Made by a program: the position numbers and the translations under genes. From positions 80,538,849 to 80,602,848 of the forward strand of contig NC_068983.1 in NCBI RefSeq assembly GCF_001194135.2: a stretch of DNA of 64,000 bases, written 5' to 3'. Of the stretch, positions 39,192-51,174 are shown piece after piece (the first letter of the stretch is position 1; every line of letters starts with the position of its first letter). The stretch comes from Octopus bimaculoides (lineage: Eukaryota). The notes under the pieces are model-generated. The model was not told where the DNA came from. It was given only the letters and a program-made list of their open reading frames with translations, and did no database searches.

Positions 39192-39659
39192 GTGAGTAAT
39201 GTTCAATGGTATGAATTCAGAGTGAAAATATCATTAGTAAATCGTAAAATTTGTAAGCTTATTTAAATTATTTCGTTTTTATCAATTCATAATTCATAAT
39301 AAAAAATAAAAAATTTGATTCAAACTTGAGGATAAAACATTTAACTGATCTATATTCTTTATATTATCTAGGCCTATTATATTGGATTTACGTCTGTAAA
39401 TAGGATATACTTTATATCGCAGAGAGCTGTAATAATGCAACACATTCCTAAATGTCTGTTGATTAAAGCAATACAGATTCATCTAAGCATGAATACAATC
39501 TACACACACACACACACACACACACATACACACACGCACGCACACACACACAAACGTGTGTGTGTGTATGTATATGTATATTGATAGATATGTATTCTTT
39601 TATTCTTTTAATGGTTTTAGTCATTCAATGGCACCTTCAAGAATTTTAGCTGATCATGC

Positions 39660-39900
39660 TAACTCCCCTTCCTAGCAGTTAGCATTTGGACTCATGACTG
39701 TAGGGTTGTGGTTTCAATTCTTGGACCAGATGATGTATTGTGTTTTTGGGCAAAATACTTCATTTCATACTTCTCCAGGTTACTCAACTGAAAAAGTACC
39801 CCAGCAACTGAGTGGCAACCCAGCCGTGGACTGGCAACTTGTTTAGGGGAGAGGGAAATCTTGTACACTTAGTCCCCTAAATGGCTAGGAAATCTGGTCT
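39660..39900 (+). mobile_element. Degenerate SINE family C
   Basis: tagcatttggactcatgactgtagggttgtggtttcaattc...gtgtttttgggcaaaatacttcatttcatac. Confidence 0.65.
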
Positions 39901-40113
39901 CATGTGCAGACAAATTTTCTTCTTCTTTTTTTTTTATGTTGTCCATTTATTTAGTTATGGGAATTATTTCATTGTTCTATATGTATCAGAGAATGGTTAA
40001 ATTATCTTTTTGACATATTTGTTTTATATAGGTAGACATTAAACACCGATAAATACACAGAAGGATGTGTGTGTGTCTGTGTCCATGTGTATACTATTAT
40101 GTAGCAGTGTATT

Positions 40114-40156
<43 letters not shown>

Positions 40157-40335
40157 TTTAGGAAGTTGATGTTATGGCTAGTCAGAGAGTGACTATTGGT
40201 TTTGCACTTATAAAGCACTTAACTGTATACAAGACTCGGCCATTTGAGTCTGATGAGTTACCTATATGGCAAAACATTTTATACAGGTGGAACCAATGGT
40301 CACTCTCTGACTAGCCATAACATCAACTTCCTAAA
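40157..40335. repeat. 179-bp foldback element (45-bp arms) enclosing a hammerhead-like junction
   Basis: 40157-40201 and 40291-40335 are reverse complements with one mismatch; CTGATGA at 40250-40256 lies between two small hairpins. Confidence 0.9.
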
Positions 40336-40400
40336 AATTATTTTACTACTCTTATGTTTTAGAGTGTGCTTTAATTTTTTTGATAGATGAACTACTGAAG

Positions 40401-40438
<38 letters not shown>

Positions 40439-40473
40439 TCATCATCATCATCATAACTTTCTTATCTTCCATT

Positions 40474-40983
40474 TTAAAGAATTACAGAATTGTGATAAAG
40501 CTTACCAAAAGCGAAACTAGCCTTGCCGATTCTGGACTCGATTTCTTTATCCATCTTCACATCATTGGCCACAATGGAACCAAGAAAAGTGAAGGAGGAA
40601 ACAGTTTTTAATACTTTCCCATCAACATATAGAATAGGGGCAACTGTGGGAAGATGATCACAAATGGGCTGATGGACAAGCTCAGTTTTCTTGAGGCAGA
40701 TGATCAGACCAAAACCCTTCAATGCACATGAGATGTTGTGTAGAATCCATTGCATGCGCTCAAGAGTGTGTGCTACAAATGCACAATCATCTGCGAAGAG
40801 CAAATCCTGAACAGTTTGTACCAAAGTCTTAGTTTTTGCTTTGAAGTGCTGTTGGTTGAACAAGCCACCACCAGTTTTGTACTCGAAATTTACTCCTTCT
40901 TTAACATCCTCGAATGCTGTTTCCAACATGACGGAGAAATACAAAGCATTATATGGCCGGATTGTCAATGAATGAACTGACAT
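40474..40983 (-). mobile_element. RTE-BovB-type LINE reverse transcriptase fragment
   Basis: Open 169-codon frame with GGLFN..HFKAKTK, DLLFADDCAF, GFGLII..KKTE, FTFLGSIV, RIGKASFAFGKL. Confidence 0.92.
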
Positions 40984-41002
40984 ATATATATATATATATA
41001 TA

Positions 41003-41200
41003 TATTCGAAACGCCTAGTTTAGAATAGAGGCAGCTGATGAAGGAAAAGTTTCATAAGTGGCTCATCTGTTTTCCTGTGTTCATTCTGTTGTCCGTAAAA
41101 TAAGTCTGTTTTTGTGCTTTGTTCCCGTTCCTTTTTTTACGTCCTGTACCCAGATATGCATCTATATATACATGTAGATGTAGGTATGTACATATATGTA
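41003..41200 (+). repeat. Dispersed repeat family E
   Basis: Near-colinear with 56110-56300 (ggcagctgatgaaggaaa ... acgtcctgtacccagatatgcatctatatataca.gtagatgtaggtatgtacata). Confidence 0.8.
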
Positions 41201-41689
41201 TATATACATGCATATATCATTTGTATTATTATTATATATATATATATATACATACATACACACACACACGCACACACACACATACACACATGTACATGTA
41301 TATGTATGCATACAACCATATNNNNNNNNNNNNNNNNNNNNNNNNNNNNNNNNNNNNNNNNNNNNNNNNNNNNNNNNNNNNNNNNNNNNNNNNNNNNNNN
41401 NNNNNNNNNNNNNNNNNNNNNNNNNNNNNNNNNNNNNNNNNNNNNNNNNNNNNNNNNNNNNNNNNNNNNNNNNNNNNNNNNNNNNNNNNNNNNNNNNNNN
41501 NNNNNNNNNNNNNNNNNNNNNNNNNNNNNNTCATTTGTATTATTATTATATATATATATATATACATACATACACACACACACGCACACACACACATACA
41601 CACATGTACATGTATATGTATGCATACAACCATATACAAATGTATGCCTGTATGTATGTATTTATGTCATCATATCAGCAGCATTGATT

Positions 41690-41860
41690 CCCAGTCATCG
41701 TGACTAAGTCAGTTCTTAATTGGAGTCACTGCCCTCCTATAAGGGTTGGGGGAACACCAATTTTATTTTTGACATGATTTTTATACTTGGATGCTCTTCC
41801 TAACACCAACCACGTTACAGAGCTAAATGGGTGCATATTATCATAGCACCAAAACTAGTG
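41690..41860. repeat. Degenerate RTE 3'UTR-related repeat
   Basis: tggatgctcttcctaacaccaaccac matches ctggatgcccttcctaatcccaaccac at about 49270. Confidence 0.55.
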
Positions 41861-41919
41861 AAGTTGCCTTGTACCCTACAAGGAAAAAGGGTCCTCACTG
41901 CTCTATTGTCTTTGTTCAG

Positions 41920-41937
41920 GGAACTGCATTCAATAGA
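41920..41937 (+). CDS. Candidate 18-nt micro-exon
   Basis: ctctattgtctttgttcag|GGAACTGCATTCAATAGA|gtgagt; may lie within repeat-derived DNA. Confidence 0.22.
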
Positions 41938-42344
41938 GTGAGTAGAAGAGAGACTGATTTCAGAAAATGTACTAGAGTGAGAGGAGGGAAAACAGAAGTA
42001 CAAGGGAAGAAACAGTGATTGAAGTGATTGTGTAGAAAAGGAATAAATTGGAGAATCATGGCTAGGATTAATGGAAGAGAGATAGTAATAGTTGAGTGTA
42101 GTGAGAGAAATGGCATTGGGATATGAGTGAGTGACACAAATGGCAGCTACATGTTACCTGGTAAGAGAGGGAATGACAGATAGTTTAAGGGTGTGATGGA
42201 TATCAATAACAAATGATCTTGGAGAGAGGGAGCAGTGGCTAGCAGTATAGAAGGGTATACCATTTCTTTTGCAGTAAGTGTATATATGTCTATAAATAGA
42301 TTTAGAATTAAGGCAAGGACTGTTAGAATTCATAAAGGAATCAG

Positions 42345-42484
42345 GTTGACACCAGAACTTATCCATTGTAAGCTTAGTACTTATTCTATTGGTCACTTTT
42401 GCTGAACCGCTGGATCATGGGGACATAAACACACCAGCATCGGTTGTCAAGGGATGGTGGGGGGGGGGCAAACACAGATACACA

Positions 42485-42531
<47 letters not shown>

Positions 42532-42690
42532 GATAGGCTTCTTTCAGTTTCTCTCTACCAAATCCACTCACAAAGCTTTGGTTGACTCGAGGTTATAGCA
42601 GAAGACACTTGCCCAAGGTGCCATGCAGTGGGACTGAACCCAGAACCATGTGGTTGGTAAACAAGCTACTTACCACACAGCCATTCCTGT
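42345..42690 (-). mobile_element. SINE family A
   Basis: Reverse homology to 36039-36425, internal (TA)n. Confidence 0.88.
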
Positions 42691-42777
42691 ACCTATGAAT
42701 TAATGACAATTATTTATTGATAAAAATTATTGTTTTCATTAGTGTTGTATTTTTTAGTAATATAAAATGTTATTGTC

Positions 42778-43170
42778 TACAGGCATGGCTGTGTGGTAAG
42801 AAGTTTGCTTCGCAACCCCATAGTTCCAGGTGTGTGGCACCTTGGGGAAGTGTCTTTTGCCACAGCCTGGGCTGACAAAAATCTTGTGAATGAATTTTGT
42901 AGGGAGAAACTAAAAGAAGCCTGTCGTATGTGTGTGTGTGTGTTTGGGGGGTTTCTACCTGTGTTTGTTGCACACCAATGCTTGGCAACAGTGTTGTTGT
43001 ATTTACACCCCTGTAACTTAGTGTTAAGCAAAAGTGACCAGTAGAATAAGTACCAGGTTTGAAAAAATTAAGTAATTACTGGAGTCAATTTCTTCAACTA
43101 AAATTCTTCAAAGTGATGCTCCAGCATGGCCGCAGTGAAATGAATAAAACAAGTAAAAGATAAAAGATAA
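42778..43170 (+). mobile_element. SINE family A (older variant)
   Basis: caggcatggctgtgtggtaagaag...ggcaccttggggaagtgtcttt...gctccagcatggccgcagt. Confidence 0.85.
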
Positions 43171-43256
43171 AGTTACCTTCCACACCTATTACTTTCTAGT
43201 ATAATCCCCACTCCTCTTTCTCTCTCTCTTGTTTTCTGTCTATCTGAGATTTACAG

Positions 43257-43307
43257 TGAAGCAGTAGATGTTCTCTGTAAAGCCCTTCTTGACAAATGCA
43301 TCAAACA
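43257..43307 (+). CDS. Candidate 51-nt symmetric (phase 2) coding exon, xEAVDVLCKALLDKCIKx
   Basis: Strong pyrimidine tract with tttacag| acceptor and CA|gtaatt donor; only one frame is open. Confidence 0.35.
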
Positions 43308-45599
43308 GTAATTAGAGCAACTCACCTTCTTTTCTGTACCTTACTTTATAACTCTATGAAAAAATGCAGAAGAAAAGCACTTTAAATATATATTTAATAC
43401 TTTATTAATTACTATTTTTTTCCACAAATCACTCATCTACGAATAAAGAGTGAAAGTGGTTTCATCTTTGACCAGAGACACCACAAAATGGCTTTGATAA
43501 GATTTAAGATACAGCCATCTCAGCTATATGATATTAGAGTTTAATAATAAATTAGAATGTTCAAACAGAAATGGGTTTCTTATGTAGCCACAAATATATA
43601 ACTTCAAATAAAAAATACAATATATTTTTATTACATTAGGTGTTCATCTAGCCATAATTTTATTGAGGCAATTTCACTCGATGCAATTATATGATAAATC
43701 TTTAATTATCGTCTTCTTTGTCTAAAATATAGGTGTAATACTAAATTCTGTAGATACAAATGTAATATTGCAAATAAGTTTCTCAAACTTTCAAACTTTT
43801 CAGTTTGAAAATGAAGTCTATGAAAGAATAGAAAAATATGAAATGAGAAATTGCTGAAATATATGAAGTTTTAAAAACAAGACATATTTTTCATTGAAAA
43901 TGTCCTTGTTAGAATAAATTAAACATGTACAAATTTTTCTGCTATTACTCATTTTTCTATTTATCTTTTCTTTTTTTTCTTTTGTTAAAAGTTTCAAAGC
44001 AACTGTAAAAGCAATCTATCTTTTATTACTCACATTTCACATAATTTTCTGTTATTTAATCTAGTCTTTCTTCAATTTTAGTTTTCCTATTTATATCATG
44101 TTCCGGGTGTTTTTGTTTGTTTTTGTTACTTTTTTCTTTGGCTTGGGAAATTTTGTCATCCTGCCTGAAAGTAAATTAGCAAATTATAAACATGCGCGTT
44201 AAAAACTTATATACTCTATATCCAATATTTATTATCTATTTTATATACATGTGTGGAAATACTGAAATATAGGTATTTATATTGTTGTTTTATCAATTCT
44301 GCCAAACAATTATTATTTACAAATGTTTAGAACAAAGGAATCTTACATAATATAAGTATTTCTCACAAGATAAGCAAAATTACTCAACAAAAATCCAATA
44401 CCTTGTCTATGCTATCATATAGACAATTGGAAATTTCATTCTTTCAATGTACATCATACTGTTAGTTATTTAGATATTAAACACCACAGAAAACCTGCTG
44501 GGTTGATATCTGTTGATATGTAGCCAATATGTTTTTAGTTTTAAGACATTTTCCTTACACTTTAAAATCAATTGGGAAATTATTTTTTAAAAATTCCACA
44601 ATAATCTAAATTTATAGATGCAAACACGAATTGGATGTTTTATAAAATATTAAGGAAAATTAGAATAATAGAAAATAAGAACATAATCTTTTGTAATGAC
44701 TTTAGGAATTGATGAAAGGATGTTAAATTTAAGAAAAATTAATTTAGAAAAATATCAATTTTACAATGAAAAATTTTCTTATAAAATCCCATAGAATTTC
44801 AATATTAGGAACAAATAAATTAAAATTGCCACCAACTATATTTGCCAAGAATTATAATTTATGTTCTTTAAAAATAAAATGTAGATTTCCAAGTATAATA
44901 ATATATTTCACCAACAGAAGAATTGAATGTAGTTTTGTAAATAAAGGAAAGGAGAACAGGTTCAGTTTTGATATGCAGCTGGCATATTTGTTTCACATAT
45001 GATCTATTATTAATTAAAGAGACTCACTCTACAGCCATAAAACTACACCACTTATATATATATTCTGACCTTTGATTGCCAACTATGTAATAAATAAAGG
45101 AATATATTATACTGTTTGCTAAAATATTAAATTATTGCAGAGAGAAAATTACTGTAAATAGTGTAAAGGTAAAATTAAGGTAATAGAATATATTCTAAAG
45201 AGTAGAAACAAATCTCATTAAAATGATTTGGTTTCAAATTTAGAATTTGATTGTATGCTGCCCATGGTGGGACACTGCTTTCAAAGATTTAATCAATCAT
45301 ATCCCCTTCCATCAGGGCATATTTCAATTTGATACCTATTTTATTGATCTCTAATAGCTCAGTTGCTTTGTATAAAGAAACAATATGAAGAAAATCAGTT
45401 TCTAAAACAGTATAAAGATTAACATAGATATGAACTCAGATAAATACACATGTACATACATATGTATGGGTGGATGTATGAATATATGTATAATTGTGTG
45501 TGTGTGTGTATGTATATGTGTATATATATATATGCATGTGTATGTATGAATGTCAGTATCTATGCACATATGCATATGCATGAATGTATGTATGTATGT

Positions 45600-45988
45600 G
45601 TGGAGGCGCAATGGCCCAGTGGTTAGGGCAGCAGACTTGCGGTCATAGGATCGCAGTTTTGATTCTCAGACCGGACGTTGTGTTTATTGAGCGAAACACC
45701 TAAAGCTCCATGTGGCTCCGGCAGGGTATGGTGGCAAACCCTACTGTGCTCTTTCACCACAACTTTCTCTCACTCTTATTTCCTGTTTCTGTTGTGCCTG
45801 TAATTCAAAGGGTCAGCCTTGTCACACTGTGTCACGCTGAATATCCCCCGAGAACTACGTTAAGTGTACACTTGTCTGTGGAGTGCTCAGCCACTTGTAC
45901 ATTAATTTCACGAGCAGGCTGTTCCGTTGATCAGATCAATTGGAACCCTGGACGTCGTAAGCGACAGAGTGCCAACAACAACAACAAT
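45600..45988 (+). mobile_element. SINE family C, full length with (CAA)n tail
   Basis: A box TGGCCCAGTGGTTAGG, decayed B box, conserved body, ends gagtgccaacaacaacaac. Confidence 0.9.
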
Positions 45989-46494
45989 GTATGTATGTAT
46001 GTATGTATGTATGTGTGTATGTATGTTTGATGGATTTCTGCACAATTTCTAATCACAAAGTGTTGGTCCACTCCCAAGAATATACAAAAAGACATTTTTC
46101 CAATGGCACAAAACCTGGAACCACATGATTGCAAAATCAATTTCTGTAACCCCACAGCTATGCCCATGTGCCTGTTTGAATAGTTTCATTAAATCTTTCT
46201 GCTATACTGACTTTATGAATGTATGTCAGTATATGTGTTTTTGTATGAACAAGGTTTAATTGGTTGAGTAGTTTTCAGACAGAAGGCCATTTAACTAGAC
46301 ACCAAAAATTCACTCACCAACATGTTTCATCTATTAACCCACAGATGCATTGTTCTCTCTCATTCTCTTACTCTCACTCTCTCCCCCTTTCTCTCTTCCT
46401 TTCATTCTCTCTCTTTCTCTTTCTCTCTCTCTCTCCCTCTTTCTCACACACACACACATACACACCATACATATATACACACACACTTTCTCAC

Positions 46495-46878
46495 TCCTAC
46501 TTAGACTGCAGCCATGCTGGGGCACCACCTTGAAGGGTTTAGTTAAACAAATCAACCCCAGTACTTTTTAGTTTTTAAAGTCTGTACTTATTCAATCAGT
46601 CACTTTTCCTAAACTGCTAAGTTACAGGGATGTAAGCAAACCAACACTGGTCGCCAAGTGGTGGTGGGGGACAAACACAAAGACAAAGACAAGCACACAT
46701 AAGATACATATATATCTATTATACTGGGCTTCTTTCAGTTTTCATCTGCCAGTTCCACTCACAAAGCTTTGGTCAGCCTAGGGCTATAGTAGAAAACACT
46801 TGCCAAAGGTGCCACACAGTGGGACTGAACCCAGAACCATGTGGTTGGAAAGTAAACTTCTTACAACACAGCCACACC
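46495..46878 (-). mobile_element. SINE family A
   Basis: Reverse homology to 36039-36425. Confidence 0.85.
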
Positions 46879-46889
46879 TTTTTTTTTTT

Positions 46890-47330
46890 AAGTTTTGCTA
46901 CAGTAGTTTGATTTCAGCTGACTTTAATCATATTTAGGTGGTAGGTGAAAAGTTGGTATTGAGTTAAGGATTGTGATTTGGTTGGTGTTAAGTGTATATT
47001 TTGATAAGTTAATGAATTTATTCTTATGTATGGACAGAGTGATTTTTATTTTGTATAGTTTGCTTAGCCTTCTTTCTATTATTGTATCTAATGTATATAG
47101 AGAGTGTATTCTGTATTTTATCAAGGACTGTTTCTACATTGTTTAATAATATTTTACCACTTTTTCATCAGTTTCTTTTTTTTAACTACATGATTTCGAC
47201 TTCTATATTTTCAATCTCTTAAGTTGTTGTATGTATTTGCCATTCAATCAATATCCCCCTGAATTCCATCATACACTTCACATTTTTTACTGTTGTATCA
47301 TGTAACTTCATGTTTGTATACATGGAGGAC
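46890..47330 (-). mobile_element. Penelope-like element N-terminal ORF fragment
   Basis: FINLSKYTLNTNQITILN..PTF.LP resembles the vINLS...L.kGl.F.P segment preceding PLE RT domains. Confidence 0.5.
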
Positions 47331-47344
47331 AACTTTTCTTTTTA

Positions 47345-48405
47345 CTCCTTTACTCTTTTACATATTTCAGTCATTTGATAGCAGCCATGCTGGACCACCA
47401 CGTTTAGTCAAAGAAATCGACCCCAGGACTTATTATTTGTAAGCCTAGTACTTGTTCTATCGAACTCTTTTGCCGAAACACTAAGTTTTGAGGACATAAA
47501 CACACCAACATCAGTTGTCAAGTTATGGTGGGGGTACAAACACAGATACAATGGCACACACACGTAAATATATATACATATATANNNNNNNNNNNNNNNN
47601 NNNNNNNNNNNNNNNNNNNNNNNNNNNNNNNNNNNNNNNNNNNNNNNNNNNNNNNNNNNNNNNNNNNNNNNNNNNNNNNNNNNNNNNNNNNNNNNNNNNN
47701 NNNNNNNNNNNNNNNNNNNNNNNNNNNNNNNNNNNNNNNNNNNNNNNNNNNNNNNNNNNNNNNNNNNNNNNNNNNNNNNNNNNNNNNNNNNNNNNNNNNN
47801 NNNNNNNNNNNNNNNNNNNNNNNNNNNNNNNNNNNNNNNNNNNNNNNNNNNNNNNNNNNNNNNNNNNNNNNNNNNNNNNNNNNNNNNNNNNNNNNNNNNN
47901 NNNNNNNNNNNNNNNNNNNNNNNNNNNNNNNNNNNNNNNNNNNNNNNNNNNNNNNNNNNNNNNNNNNNNNNNNNNNNNNNNNNNNNNNNNNNNNNNNNNN
48001 NNNNNNNNNNNNNNNNNNNNNNNNNNNNNNNNNNNNNNNNNNNNNNNNNNNNNNNNNNNNNNNNNNNNNNNNNNNNNNNNNNNNNNNNNNNNNNNNNNNN
48101 NNNNNNNNNNNNNNNNNNNNNNNNNNNNNNNNNNNNNNNNNNNNNNNNNNNNNNNNNNNNNNNNNNNNNNNNNNNNNNNNNNNNNNNNNNNNNNNNNNNN
48201 NNNNNNNNNNNNNNNNNNNNNNNNNNNNNNNATATATATATATATATAATGATGGGTTTCTTTCAGTTTCCCTGTACCCAATCCACTCACAAGGTTTTGG
48301 TCAGCCTGAGGCTATAGTAGAAGACACTTGCTCAAGGTGCCACCCAATGAGACTGAACCTAGAACCATGTGGTCGGGATGCAAGCTTCATACAACACAGC
48401 CACAT
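47345..48405 (-). mobile_element. SINE family A split by an assembly gap in its internal microsatellite
   Basis: 3' body at 47345-47575, gap 47585-48231, head at 48250-48405. Confidence 0.88.
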
Positions 48406-48711
48406 CTTACTTGAATTTTCTGCTTTTTACTATTAGTTTGGAAGATTAAAGATCCTAAATTCATAGTCGAGGTCTCTAGACATTCACAGTATCATTTTCA
48501 AGAGCTGAATATATTTGGTGGGTGTATTGTTTCTAATATACTGATTGAATTCATATAAACTTTCCTGCCAAAGATCATTAGCTTCATACATCAACAGTCC
48601 AATCATGCATTTACAACATGAAGCCGTTGCAAAAAATTATACCACACAGCACACAGGAAACTACTAGAGGAAAACACTTACACACACAGTTATGTACACA
48701 CACACAGTTAT

Positions 48712-48745
<34 letters not shown>

Positions 48746-48774
48746 GTTTATGTATGTATATATATACATGGATT

Positions 48775-48967
48775 TCAAATTTTGACACAAAGTCAGCAAT
48801 TCTAGAGAAGTGAATTACATCAATCCCAGTATCCAAAAGGAACTTATTTCATCGACCCTGAAACAATGAAAGGCAAAGTTGACCTCAGTGAAATTTGAAC
48901 TCAGAATATAAAATGGACGAAATGCTGCTAAACATTTTATCTAGCATGATAACAATTCTACCAGCTC
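48775..48967 (-). mobile_element. SINE family B
   Basis: atcgaccctgaaac.atgaaaggcaaagttgacctcagtg.aatttgaactcagaat. Confidence 0.78.
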
Positions 48968-48996
48968 ACTACATTCATACATATATACACACACAG

Positions 48997-49027
<31 letters not shown>

Positions 49028-49144
49028 TTATATATATATATATATANNNNNNNNNNCCTCCTTCTTCTTCTTCGTTTAACGTCCAATTTCTCATGCTTGC
49101 ATGGCTCAGAAGTGGTTGAGGTTGAGAAAAATCACTCAGTTTCA

Positions 49145-50305
49145 TTATCATCATCATCATCGTTTAACGTCTGCTTTCCATGCTGGCATAGGTTGAATGA
49201 ATTGACAGAGGACTGGCAAACCAGATGGCTGCACCAGGCTCCAATCTGATCTGGCAGAGTTTCTACAGCTGGATGCCCTTCCTAATCCCAACCACTCTGA
49301 GAGTGTGGTGGTTGCTTTTATGTGCCACTGGCACAAGGGCCAGTCAGGCGATACTGGCAATAACCACACTCAAATGGTGTTTTTTACGTGCCACCTGCAC
49401 AAGAGCCAGTCCAGTGGCACTGGTAACGACCTCACTCAAACATTTTTTCACGTGCCACCGGCACAAGTGCCAGTAAGGCGACGCTGGTAATGATCACGCT
49501 CGAATGGTGCTTTTTACATGCCACCAGCACGGAAACCAGTCAGCTGCTCTGGCAATGATCACGCTCAGATGGTGCTCTTAGTGCTCCACTAGCACAGATG
49601 CCACTCATCGAATTTGATTTCAATTTCACTTGCTTCAACAGGTCTTTGCAAGCAGAGTCTATTGTCCAATGAAGGAAAGGTACACATAAGTGGGCTGGTT
49701 ACACCCCTGGCATAGGCCATGGGTTATGGTCTCACTTGGCTTGCCGGGTCTTCTCAAGCACAGCATATTTTCAAAGGTCTCAGTCACTAGTCATTGCCTC
49801 GGTGAGGCCTAATGTTTGAAGGTCGTGCTTCACCACCTCATCCCAGGTCTTCCTGGGTCTACCTCTTCCACAGGTTCCCTCAACCTCTAGGGTGTGGCAC
49901 TTTTTCACACAGCTATCCTCATCCATTCTCGCCACATGACCATACCAGCACAGTCGTCTCTGTTGCACACCACATCTGATGCTTCTTAGGTCCAACTATT
50001 CTCTCAAGGCACTTACACTCTGTTGAATATGCACACTGACATTACACATCCAGCGGAGCATACTGGTTTCATTCCTTGCAAGCTTATGCATGTCCTCAGC
50101 AGTCACGGCCCATGTTTCACTGCCATGTAGCATGGCTGTTCGTACACATGCGTCATACAGTGTACCTTTTACTCTGAGCGACAGGCTCTTTGTCACCAGC
50201 AGAGGTAAGAGTTGTCTGAACTTCGCCCAGGCTATTCTTATTCTAGCAGCTATACTTTCAGTTCACCCACCTCTGCTACTGACTTGGTCACTTAGGTAAT
50301 GGAAG
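49145..50305 (-). mobile_element. RTE-clade LINE 3' fragment with 3'UTR and (GAT)n tail
   Basis: HYLSDQVSSRGG, IAARIRIAWAKFRQL, LYDACVRTAMLHGSETWAV, RRLCWYGHVARM, RGRPRKTWDEVV; tail GCAGACGTTAAACGATGATGAT. Confidence 0.93.
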
Positions 50306-50599
50306 CTTGGCATAAATTTAGTAACAGTCTTGCTTCAGACTCTGGATCACATGTCTTGTATTTTTCTCTGTCTTTTCTGTTGTTATGATGGCTCTTTTTT
50401 TCTTGGAGCTGACTAGATCTATTTCACTCCACACAGACTCTTTTCATTCATTCAACTTTTCTCTACTTCATCCCCCTGGCCCCACGCAAACTACAATCCC
50501 CATGCCTTTCTTTTTAGAAGTTTAGCCCTCTGAAATTCCTTTCTGACACATGTCTTTCTTGCAGTCATCAACTTGCGACAATTTAAGCATGGCATAAGC

Positions 50600-50925
50600 C
50601 ATGGATCAGTGAACCAGGGTAAATTACTCCAAGTGGAGTAAAAATGAAATTCTTGGGGTTAATGAGGACTCATTAGGCATAAGTAAAATTACATAAAAAC
50701 CGTGTTCCTTGTTACAGCAGAAAATTTTCGTCTGGTAAAACTGCATCTGACCAATGTAATGGATGTGTAAATAAATTCATATAAATAGATTCAGTAGAAC
50801 AGATTCAATAAATCTTTTGAATTCAAAAGAATCTATGATTTTCTACTTTTCAAATCAAGTGGGTAATGTTGGTGTAAATAAATATATTTTGGAGTAGTTG
50901 GTTAAAAAAAGTTCCCCAACCCCTG
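50600..50925. mobile_element. hAT (Charlie-like) MITE, copy 1
   Basis: About 75-80% similar by eye to 51175-51484; ends ..TTCCCCAACCCCTG; decayed 8-bp TSD gcataagc/acataaac. Confidence 0.75.
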
Positions 50926-51174
50926 ACATAAACAGAACCTATCTTGCTAATCTTGGAGATCCTACAAAGGCAATGACTCCTGAACCTTCCTTTAAATCTA
51001 ACTAATAAAAATGATATTTTAGTCAGGTGCTTACTTTAAAAAACCTAATTTGTTGCATCTTTAAGTGACAGTGACACAACATAAACACACACATCAAGAA
51101 GCACATACATATATGACAGACATCTACACAGTCTCCTTCTATGTAATTTCTAATAAATTACTAATCAACTAGAG

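Noticed and set aside
41217-41635. About 105-bp direct repeat (41217-41321 and 41531-41635)
   Set aside because: Identical copies on either side of an N gap; typical unmerged contig overlap.
49313-49600. CRISPR-like repeat array
   Set aside because: Units are diverged along their whole length with no repeat/unique-spacer alternation, lie in a eukaryotic LINE 3'UTR, and there are no cas genes.
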